From an uncultured virus (IMG/VR IMGVR_UViG_3300030508_000023) (lineage: Duplodnaviria > Heunggongvirae > Uroviricota > Caudoviricetes), in the IMG/VR virus record IMGVR_UViG_3300030508_000023: a DNA stretch of 64,000 nucleotides, one strand, 5' to 3'. Positions 29,074-36,808 of this stretch are shown piece after piece. Every line of letters begins with the position of its first letter. Positions within the stretch are counted from its first letter, which is position 1. The position numbers and the translations under genes were made by a program. The notes below the pieces were generated by a model, which was not told the DNA's origin, did not search any database, and saw only the letters and a list, made by a program, of their open reading frames with translations.

Positions 29074-29559
29074 TTAGGCTTTGTTAGTCAAGTGCAAAAC
29101 CAGGGGTTCTGCCATAGATGTCTCAGTAGCGATAAGAGGGAGTGGGGGATGCCAAGTAACCATTACAAGACCACGTATCTCTGTACAATGTACTTCGTTG
29201 GGGGCGTGGGTAATAGTCATCCCAGAGTAGTAGACTCGACCAGAAGCAACGTCTACAGCCTCACCAGTAAGAACATTCAGTGTCTCAGAAAATGTGTGGT
29301 AGTGTTCTGGAAGGGATCCAGATCCTTCAACCAATGCCCTTGTCCCAGAGGAAGAATCATCAATTAACATGATATTCAAACCTGACACTAGCTCAACCCA
29401 AGAACCGCGATACAAATAACGCTCAACAATATCCGATGGGTCCCCCTCATGGGAACGCATAACACGGATATCCTTAGTAATCTCAATGGCCGTATTGTGG
29501 GCAGAAGCCCTCAACCTGGCGTGTGCATCTGATAGATCTTGCTTTAGTTTATTGATCAC
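29074..29559 (-). CDS. cupin-domain protein
   Basis: PEHYHTFSETLNVLTG...APNEVH metal-binding cupin motifs. Confidence 0.75.
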   Translation of the reverse strand: MINKLKQDLSDAHARLRASAHNTAIEITKDIRVMRSHEGDPSDIVERYLYRGSWVELVSGLNIMLIDDSSSGTRALVEGSGSLPEHYHTFSETLNVLTGEAVDVASGRVYYSGMTITHAPNEVHCTEIRGLVMVTWHPPLPLIATETSMAEPLVLHLTNKA

Positions 29560-29914
29560 CTCTGCGCCTCCCGCCTATAGCAGTTTTTAATATTTCAGTA
29601 CTGGCAGTAATATGTTCTTTCAGTCTCTCAACCCCTGCATCAATCTGGTGACGGGTTTCCTGAGTACTAGCTGATAGGGCTGGTGCTATAGCTTCAATCA
29701 AATTGGTCATTGAAGTCATGGTCTCGATGTTTTCTTTGATAATTTCTAAAAGATCTTCTGCCTGTTTCTTTTCCCTTATTTTATATTCAGCTATGTCCTT
29801 TAGCAAAGAAAAAAGCCAGAATAGCAAAACAGCTATGCCCAACCCGAAGGTCTTAGCGAACTCAAGTACATTAAGTGATAAGTATGGCAACATAGTGCAC
29901 TTATTAAACAGCAT
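29549..29914 (-). CDS. single-TM plus coiled-coil protein (holin-like)
   Basis: N-terminal TM segment followed by a coiled coil. Confidence 0.5.
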   Translation of the reverse strand: MLFNKCTMLPYLSLNVLEFAKTFGLGIAVLLFWLFSLLKDIAEYKIREKKQAEDLLEIIKENIETMTSMTNLIEAIAPALSASTQETRHQIDAGVERLKEHITASTEILKTAIGGRRRGDQ

Positions 29915-30016
29915 TTACAGATAAAACTCAATCCTTTAAAGAGAAAAGGTGTAGTTCTACAGAGAGAACTACACCTTACTCTTAACGGCTTATACGTCCG
30001 ACTCTACACCTGATAA

Positions 30017-31357
30017 TTATTCGTGGCAACAACCACAGCCATCACAATAGCTTTCACCTTCTGGACACTCTTCTTCATCCTCTTCGTCCTCTCCAAAGAG
30101 ATACTCTTCCTCTTCTATTAGATCCTGAACTTCTTCGTCGATAGGATCCTCCTCTTCTCCAACAATAGGCCCCCCTGAGTCGTCTGTGAGATCTTGGACT
30201 TGGTATGAAGATGAATAGGTGCGACCACTCTTCTCAACACCAATGTGATCTGGGAATACTCCCAGACCTGATGCAGCTAGAGTAGCCTCGTGCTCGTCTG
30301 CTGCTCCATATACAGTAAAGAACTCCGAAGAGTTGATCTCTACTAGAACCTGAAATACTTTTCCTTCCATATTGTTTGGGTATTAGAGGGTGATAATGCC
30401 AAGCAAATGAGATAGCCGATCATTGTTGTTACGAGACAGATCGTCTACCTCCCTAATAAGACAAGAAAAGGGTGGATACCAATTCTGCACTGTAGCCTCA
30501 GGGGCACTGAGTGGTGGCTCAGTAGCATCCAAGATTGGGCTAAGCCTTTCATAAAGGGATGTGATTAGCTCGTCTGTTAGCTTTGCGCTACTAAAAGATT
30601 CTGCCAGCAGCTCTGAGGCTGTAGGGAAGGAATTCTTCTGTGATAGCTTAACTGACTGAGTTACAGGCCCTATACCTGCTGCATTGGATCCAATGGATGG
30701 ACGGGACATTTTCTTTTCTGATAGTGCGACGTTTGCTGACATAGTTTGTATTTGTGCTATTTACCGAGTGCAGTCTGGATCACTCCAGGTGGAACTGCGG
30801 GAGCCTCTGCCGTAGCAACGACAGCGGCGGTTGTGTTTGAAAGAGCGAGACCATCAACCTTGATGTTCGCTCCAGCACTAACAAGTACAGTCTGAATCTC
30901 AGTGTTGTACTTCTTAATAATAGTGTTTGGGATGGCATTGAGGCCAGCATCAACGATTGTCCAGATTACTCCAATGAGTACTGGGGTATTGATGTACTGG
31001 TCAATGCCAGGGATTTCCTTCGCAAGGAGGGTGGCGATAGCGGCAGCTGCAAAAGCAACTCCTTTCTGGATAATGGGTCCACTCTTAGAGAGAGCAGCCT
31101 TGACGATAGCAGTTTCAACTGCTGGTGGTAGGGACAGGGACATGGTTTTATTTTTGGGTTACTGACTTGGGTTTGGGTTGAGCTACGCCAAACATGGATG
31201 ACAATGACGAATCCGATGCTGGAGAGTAGGTTACTTGAATATTGATCTTTCCAAGTGATCCAGGATTGCTTCCTGTTGGCGGTATGGGAATGCTGATACA
31301 GCTAATCAATGAGAGTGCCAGGATAGCAATAGCGGAGCCGAGAATGAACGTCTTCAT
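30017..31357 (-). CDS. four small genes: acidic Cys-tailed protein 30017..30370, hypothetical 30383..30742, membrane protein 30757..31143, lipoprotein 31148..31357
   Basis: Contiguous ORFs; LISC lipobox in the last one. Confidence 0.6.
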
Positions 31358-31396
31358 CTCTCGAAAATATACCTTTTGTGATAGTAGTCAACAAAA

Positions 31397-32038
31397 TTAT
31401 CCGTGCCAATAGACCCCATTATATTGAGGAATAGCAATATCCTGCCACCTAGACTCTGTATCAGATTCGTTAACCCTTTGACCCACAAGGTTGTAGTTCG
31501 GACAGTACATCATCAACTTCTTATCATCTGTAAAGATATTATCCAGGACAGTAGGAGTATCTGACTTGTCATTCTCTTCTATCTTATCAATGATGTAGTC
31601 GTAGGCAGTATCCCTGATCGCCCAGAAGTGACAGCAAGGATTGAACAGCGTCCTATAGAGATGCATGTACTCTGGAGGGGAGAATTGGTTTTTGTTGTCC
31701 CAACAGTATCCATAGAGTATATCCCATGGCTTGCTCTTCACCTCTCTGAGTAGATCCTTCCAATACGCACTGAAGTCGTTCCTGAAGACAACGTCGTCCT
31801 CCATGATAAGTACACTCTTGTATCTCTTGGCACTGGCTATGTAGAGAGCCCTGAGGTGAGTCAGGAGGCAAGCCCTAGCTCCAGCAGAGTGATAGTTACC
31901 CTTTTCTTTAGTTTCTATCCCTCTGAGTACTTGTGCCTGTATCCCAACTCTGTGTAGCTCCACCTGAGCCTGCTGCAGCCGGTCAGGTCTCTTCTCTAGG
32001 TTGATGAGAAAAGCTTGGTCGAAAGTGTCGAGTATCAT
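31397..32038 (-). CDS. glycosyltransferase family 25
   Basis: FLINLEKRPDRL...GARACLLTH...VLIMEDDVVF. Confidence 0.9.
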   Translation of the reverse strand: MILDTFDQAFLINLEKRPDRLQQAQVELHRVGIQAQVLRGIETKEKGNYHSAGARACLLTHLRALYIASAKRYKSVLIMEDDVVFRNDFSAYWKDLLREVKSKPWDILYGYCWDNKNQFSPPEYMHLYRTLFNPCCHFWAIRDTAYDYIIDKIEENDKSDTPTVLDNIFTDDKKLMMYCPNYNLVGQRVNESDTESRWQDIAIPQYNGVYWHG

Positions 32039-32040
32039 TC

Positions 32041-33960
32041 TTAGGCGAGTAAAGTGCCTTTCCAGTATAAATGTGTTCCATCAGAGGTCAAACCTCCAAT
32101 TCCAGAAGATCCTCCACCAACGTCAATAGAGCCATCTGATTGGATCGTAGCAGCGCCGCCATTAATGCTGAGGCTTCCAAACCCCGCCGAATCCCCTGTA
32201 TTCAACGACTGGTCGAAAATGTTGTACTCCGTCGTCAGATACCCCATGTCATTAGCAAAGTTGGAAACATTCATTCCCACCATTGCCACGGACTGAGAAC
32301 CGTATTGAAGTCCACCATCGTCGTAGAGGGCATTGCTGCCACCGCCCAAGAAACCAGCACTTCTAAATAACGCATTACCATTACCATCTACTTCCGCCTG
32401 CCCATTAGAAAGATAAATAGAACCGTCGTTGTTTATAGTAGCGTAGCCAGATGAAAAGCTGGCTGATCCATCTAGGTTGAGCTGAGCTGCTGGTAGTACC
32501 AATGGGGAGTCTAGATATAGTGGTTCTGGTGAACCAGAAGAATCTCCCTGTAGAATATTCTTTAAGTGACCTCCCTGCCAGTTGAGTTCATATCCAACTG
32601 TGCAGATTAGACCTAGTCCATTAGCTCCACCAGTACTATTGTCAAAGCTACCAACCCTAAGAGAAGTCCCGTTAGGTAGGGAAAAATTTTCCCCACTGAC
32701 ATTTCCATATAAATCAACCCCGGCGTTACCCCAAGCAAAAACAGCACTGCCGTAATAGCCATCAAATACAATACCGCCAAGCCCATCACCGGTATCTCCA
32801 AGAGAGATCATTCCAATATTGTTGTACCCATCCCACCTAGAATAAATACTTACCATTCCATATGCAAATGAAGGGCTGTCTGTAGTATTTAAGGACTGAT
32901 CGAAGGGATTCCCACCGCCAGTTGAGTATCCTGCATCATTATAGAAACTACTGACATTCATACCAACCATCGCTACTGACTGACTCCCGTACTGCAAGCC
33001 AGAGTCATCATAGAGTGATGCTCCGCCATCAGCCCCAGGGAAGCCAAGGGAAGCAAGGATGGTATTACCGTATAAATCGATAGTAGCCCCTTCGTTAGCA
33101 AAACTAGCAGAGCCATCAGGATTAAGGGAGATTAATCCTGCTATCCCAACAACTCCAGAAGTGCTAATTTCAACAGATCCTCCTGCAAACTGAGCAGAAC
33201 CATCTGAGTTTAGTCCACCACCTGGGACATAGACGCCATTGTCGATCCACAAGGCATCCGTCTGCATATAGAAGATGCCAGGCCAAGGAGCAGTAAGAAT
33301 AGATCCCCCGAGAGTTAGAGTGGGCTGTCCAGATTCTCCATTATCCAGGATAGCATTCCCATTTAGAAATGATGCAGTGCCATCAGCGTTGAGATCTATA
33401 AAGAAGTCTCCAACCCCATTAGAGATGAGATGTACAGATCCATCAGTATTGACTTGAAGGTCCCCTCCAGCAAATAGGGCTGACCCATCGTAGCTAAGTT
33501 GAGTGTAAAACCCTGATTCTCCGTTAGTCCCTACCAGTACAGCACCATTACTGTAGATACCAGAGCTACCAGCTATTGTGAGATTTCCACTGGCGTCGAA
33601 GTTGGTACCTCCACCAAAATTAGCGGCGTTCTCTACATTGAGTGCATAAAACCATCCAGTTCCTGTTGGGTCGATATTGCCGGCTCCACCACCAAAGATA
33701 ATTTCTCCATACCTATTAACGTGGACAATTCCACCAGCCAAGTCTATGGACAAAAACTCAACGCTGTTGGTTGTATTTAGGGATTGATTGTAAGATTCCC
33801 CAGATCCACTAGGACCAGTTGGGCCGGTTGGTCCTGGATCCCCATCAGGTGGTCCTGTTGGCCCCCTTGGTCCTGTTGGACCCCTACCACCAGCTATCCC
33901 CTGTGGTCCAGGGGACTCAATCTGGATTATATCTCCTGAAATTTCAATTACGTCAGCCAT
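32041..33960 (-). CDS. fibre/appendage protein with a short collagen-like segment and DGSASF / QSLNTTDSP repeats
   Basis: GPTGP repeats near the N-terminus; Gly-rich beta repeats shared with 36809..40180. Confidence 0.75.
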   Translation of the reverse strand: MADVIEISGDIIQIESPGPQGIAGGRGPTGPRGPTGPPDGDPGPTGPTGPSGSGESYNQSLNTTNSVEFLSIDLAGGIVHVNRYGEIIFGGGAGNIDPTGTGWFYALNVENAANFGGGTNFDASGNLTIAGSSGIYSNGAVLVGTNGESGFYTQLSYDGSALFAGGDLQVNTDGSVHLISNGVGDFFIDLNADGTASFLNGNAILDNGESGQPTLTLGGSILTAPWPGIFYMQTDALWIDNGVYVPGGGLNSDGSAQFAGGSVEISTSGVVGIAGLISLNPDGSASFANEGATIDLYGNTILASLGFPGADGGASLYDDSGLQYGSQSVAMVGMNVSSFYNDAGYSTGGGNPFDQSLNTTDSPSFAYGMVSIYSRWDGYNNIGMISLGDTGDGLGGIVFDGYYGSAVFAWGNAGVDLYGNVSGENFSLPNGTSLRVGSFDNSTGGANGLGLICTVGYELNWQGGHLKNILQGDSSGSPEPLYLDSPLVLPAAQLNLDGSASFSSGYATINNDGSIYLSNGQAEVDGNGNALFRSAGFLGGGSNALYDDGGLQYGSQSVAMVGMNVSNFANDMGYLTTEYNIFDQSLNTGDSAGFGSLSINGGAATIQSDGSIDVGGGSSGIGGLTSDGTHLYWKGTLLA

Positions 33961-34214
33961 AGTGTTGAGTCCCTATTATTGCAGGACTCAACAGCTATGC
34001 CAAGTATCTTAGTCCAATTATTCTACACCCTAGCTGCCCTACTTACTTCAAATTTCTGAATCTTGCCAAACTGCCTATTGGCCTTTAGGGTGAATACCAG
34101 CTTATCTCCAGTATCCACAACAATACCCCTCTTAATGAGGGCTGTGTACTCTGGCTTGGTAAGTGGGCGCTCACCACTCTTTAGGATATTTCTGATTTTT
34201 TTAGATTTCATGGG

Positions 34215-34469
34215 TTATTCAACAGGTACTGGGGTGAAGTCTACATAGAAGGTATCCTCTGGATTGAACTTCCCAGCTGGTGCTGGATTAGTAACAGTCA
34301 TCTTCAAGGATACTGATGGAGAGTATGTGGCAAGTGTATTGTCCTCATCCGTCCCATCAGCTGGGTATGTCCCCTTCTTACAGACACCACAGAAGTTAAG
34401 TACCTCGTGGCCTCCAGCATATTTTTCAACAGAGGTGATTCGTAGTTTTGCTCTCATGTGTGCACTCAT
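34215..34469 (-). CDS. conserved small phage protein (MRAK...N.T.A.YSPS...NP...GKF...FYVDF)
   Basis: Recognised phage family motif. Confidence 0.7.
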   Translation of the reverse strand: MSAHMRAKLRITSVEKYAGGHEVLNFCGVCKKGTYPADGTDEDNTLATYSPSVSLKMTVTNPAPAGKFNPEDTFYVDFTPVPVE

Positions 34470-34479
34470 ATATTTATAA

Positions 34480-35106
34480 TTAAAATGTCCTAGTGAACCA
34501 GTACCCTACATCGTTGACAGAAGATCCAGCCTTTAGGATCAACCTACTGATCTTTTGTACCGACTTCCTGTATCCACCGAACGTAACCTTGTTCAAAATG
34601 TTTCTAGTTTTAGTCCAGGGATGATTCTCGTGGTCAGATATCATCTTTCTGAGCCTAGAGTGGCTCTCTTCTACCTCAGCCTTGGTAGAGTGGATCTCTG
34701 CCTTTAACAACTCTACGGATTTTAGCTCTCCGGTAACAAGTGTGGCACGAAACTCAATCCACCACTCATTGCCATCCTTATCTTTCTTAAGATCATAGAA
34801 GTCTACAGTAGCAGTTATGTGCTCTCTCATAGTCTCCCTGCTAGATTCTACAAAGTGTCTTGGCCAATAGAATCTATCCTTCTTTCTTCTCTCAGTCTGA
34901 ACCTCTGGAGAATCCTCAATGTATTCTCCGTGGACAACCTCAGTGTACAGATTTCCATCCTCTTCGATAGTGTACTTCGACATAGTGTTGTCGAAGTCCT
35001 TGGTCTGGAATTTTACTTCTTTCCAGTCTGTATCGGGAAAAGATGACCGGATCTCATCTGTGAGTGGTAAATCTTTCTTGAAGTAAAAATAGTCGAACAT
35101 TCCCAT
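34480..35106 (-). CDS. conserved phage protein (MGMFD...FQTKD family)
   Basis: Start reassigned to MGMFDY. Confidence 0.75.
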   Translation of the reverse strand: MGMFDYFYFKKDLPLTDEIRSSFPDTDWKEVKFQTKDFDNTMSKYTIEEDGNLYTEVVHGEYIEDSPEVQTERRKKDRFYWPRHFVESSRETMREHITATVDFYDLKKDKDGNEWWIEFRATLVTGELKSVELLKAEIHSTKAEVEESHSRLRKMISDHENHPWTKTRNILNKVTFGGYRKSVQKISRLILKAGSSVNDVGYWFTRTF

Positions 35107-35165
35107 AGTGTGCATTTGTTGAACAAGAGTATTAACACTGGTGTTTATACAGTGCAATAGGAAAG

Positions 35166-35240
35166 TGGAGCTTCCGGCAGGATTTTAACCCGCGACATCT
35201 GCCATACAAAGGGAGTGCTCTAACGCTGAGCTACGGAAGC
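35166..35240 (-). tRNA. atypical or degenerate tRNA-Thr(UGU)
   Basis: Perfect GCTTCCG/CGGAAGC acceptor and CCA, TT-TGT-AT loop. D-loop lacks GG, T-loop is TTAAAAT, and the anticodon stem has a C:C mismatch. Confidence 0.65.
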
Positions 35241-35241
35241 A

Positions 35242-35646
35242 TTAAACCCATGATGGATACTCTGTCCTAGTTGGACGAGGCTCCAGGCGATAGTCGATAA
35301 ACAACTCTTCACCCTCAGGGATATCTACACTAGCAACAACCAATCTATCTTGCAAGAGCCATAAACAGTTTGGATTCCTAGAGTGATTTATATATGAGAA
35401 CTTACTCCACCGATCACAGGTGACGCACCACTCATTATCAATCATCACATACCAACTCTTCCTAATCTGCTCTTCAGTAAGATCTGTGTATTTTAGTTTA
35501 TACCAACCATCTTGGAACAGATTGTAATCAATAATAGTCTCGCCAACAGCAAAGTTGCGACCTGCAAATAAGCCCCACCCCTCAATAGAGGACGGCTTAA
35601 CTACCGCATCTGGGGCATTGTCATCCTCTATGATAGGGGAGTCCAT
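35242..35646 (-). CDS. SET-domain protein lysine methyltransferase
   Basis: SSIEGWGLFA, YINHSRNPNC and DIPEGEELFIDY are SET motifs I, III and IV. Confidence 0.92.
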   Translation of the reverse strand: MDSPIIEDDNAPDAVVKPSSIEGWGLFAGRNFAVGETIIDYNLFQDGWYKLKYTDLTEEQIRKSWYVMIDNEWCVTCDRWSKFSYINHSRNPNCLWLLQDRLVVASVDIPEGEELFIDYRLEPRPTRTEYPSWV

Positions 35647-35651
35647 ATCTA

Positions 35652-35783
35652 TTATTGGCAACTCTCGCAGACCTCTCCACTACATCTCTCAGTAGCTTCT
35701 GGTCGCTCACCCAACTCAAAGTCAAACTCTGACTGGTCTTTACTTACTTCTTCTGTGGGTTCTTGGTTTGGTTCTGTACTCAT
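35652..35783 (-). CDS. 43-aa acidic peptide ending C-x4-CESCQ (not in ORF track)
   Basis: MSTEPNQEPTEEVSKDQSEFDFELGERPEATERCSGEVCESCQ; fills the gap upstream of the SET gene. Confidence 0.6.
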   Translation of the reverse strand: MSTEPNQEPTEEVSKDQSEFDFELGERPEATERCSGEVCESCQ

Positions 35784-35787
35784 AAAT

Positions 35788-36076
35788 TTGATCGTCTCTC
35801 CCGATAGTCACTAGTTCTTCTGTCTTGTCATGAATTCCAGCCGAAGGTCTAGTCATCGCTGTAAGTTCTTTAAAATCTCCCAACTCTATCCTAGGTATAG
35901 GAAAGCACCGCATACGCAATACGATTCGAGTTGAGACCTCCCCCAGGATCTCCCAGAAGAGGAATTGGTCCTATCCAGGGAGAACCCAAGATAGGAAAAC
36001 GGCTAGTGACCAATTCATCCGGTCACCGGAAACACACATGCGAGCAAGGAGATGATTCCGAACGCAAGTGCTACAT
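35788..36076 (-). ncRNA. putative structured non-coding RNA(s) downstream of the tRNA-like element
   Basis: No credible ORF; consecutive hairpins GGTGACC/GGTCACT, TCCTATC/GATAGGA followed by CCA, CCTCTTC/GGGGAGG, TCTCAACTC/GAGTTGGGA, and a terminal GTGACTATCGGGAGAGACGATCA. Confidence 0.5.
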
Positions 36077-36152
36077 TGGTGACAGGTAGGATAATCGAAA
36101 TCCTGACACGACAGTATGAGCGTCGTCGGAGCACCAGCCCCAGCCACCTGTG
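36077..36152 (-). tRNA. atypical tRNA with CAU anticodon (Met/Ile2-like)
   Basis: CACAGGT/ACCTGTC-A-CCA acceptor (C1:C72 mismatch), 6-bp D-stem with TGGT loop, CGACG-CTCATAC-TGTCG anticodon arm, AGGAT-TTCGATT-ATCCT T-arm. Confidence 0.7.
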
Positions 36153-36297
36153 ATAAAAGCTGCACTACTTATCGGGCGAGTGCACAACCACAGTTTTCAG
36201 AATGTAAAAGAGCGGCCCCCAGGTTTGAGCATTGTTAATAAGCTTTGGGGGCTCTGTTGCTACTACTTTCTTACATTTCCTAATGCTCGTCAACACT

Positions 36298-36338
36298 AAA
36301 AAGAAAAAGGACCCAACCTGGGGTATCAGGCTGGGCCC
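36298..36338 (-). terminator. intrinsic terminator after 36361..36621
   Basis: GGGCCCAGCCTG...CAGGTTGGGTCC followed by TTTTTCTTTTT. Confidence 0.7.
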
Positions 36339-36360
36339 AAATGATTTCTAACCTAAAGTA

Positions 36361-36621
36361 TTAGGCAAGAGCTGCAAGAGCAGCAGCGAGCTTGGTAGCG
36401 TCTGTAGCGTTAGCAGAGGCAACGATGAGGTTGATCTGAGCGACAGCAAGGGTACCGAGAGCTGTAGCGATGTCAGCAGCAGCAACAGCTGGGTTTGGGC
36501 CCTGAGCTGGTACACCATTAGCAAGGACACCACTAGCATTGGTAGCGATTCCACTAATTTGGTTTGCAAGGCTGGCGGCGGTGTTGGCTGCACGAGCAGC
36601 GGCGGTAATTGCGATTGGCAT
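36361..36621 (-). CDS. small Ala-rich protein
   Basis: 86 aa, strongly biased GCT/GCA codons, followed by a terminator. Confidence 0.7.
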   Translation of the reverse strand: MPIAITAAARAANTAASLANQISGIATNASGVLANGVPAQGPNPAVAAADIATALGTLAVAQINLIVASANATDATKLAAALAALA

Positions 36622-36808
36622 TGTTTTTTTTGACTCTTTGATCGGTAGTCTTCCGGGTTACTTTCTAAATTCTGAGTTCTTTGTAACTCCCAATTGATCA
36701 ATTGGGATAACTAAAGAGTTGTCAGGTTTAAATAAGATCTTCAACTAGTTTGAGAAAACAACCATATATTGTCAAGTGCTTTTGTGTATCGAGTAGATGG
36801 TTGGTTTA

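Noticed and set aside
35788..36290. tmRNA, RNase P RNA, or hammerhead ribozyme
   Set aside because: No tmRNA termini or tag frame, no GAGGAAAGUCC, and no CUGAUGA/GAAA core found by eye; left as unassigned ncRNA.
36348..36701. 117-aa Leu-rich ORF overlapping 36361..36621
   Set aside because: Alternative frame of the Ala-codon-rich gene (GCT read as CTG/TGC).
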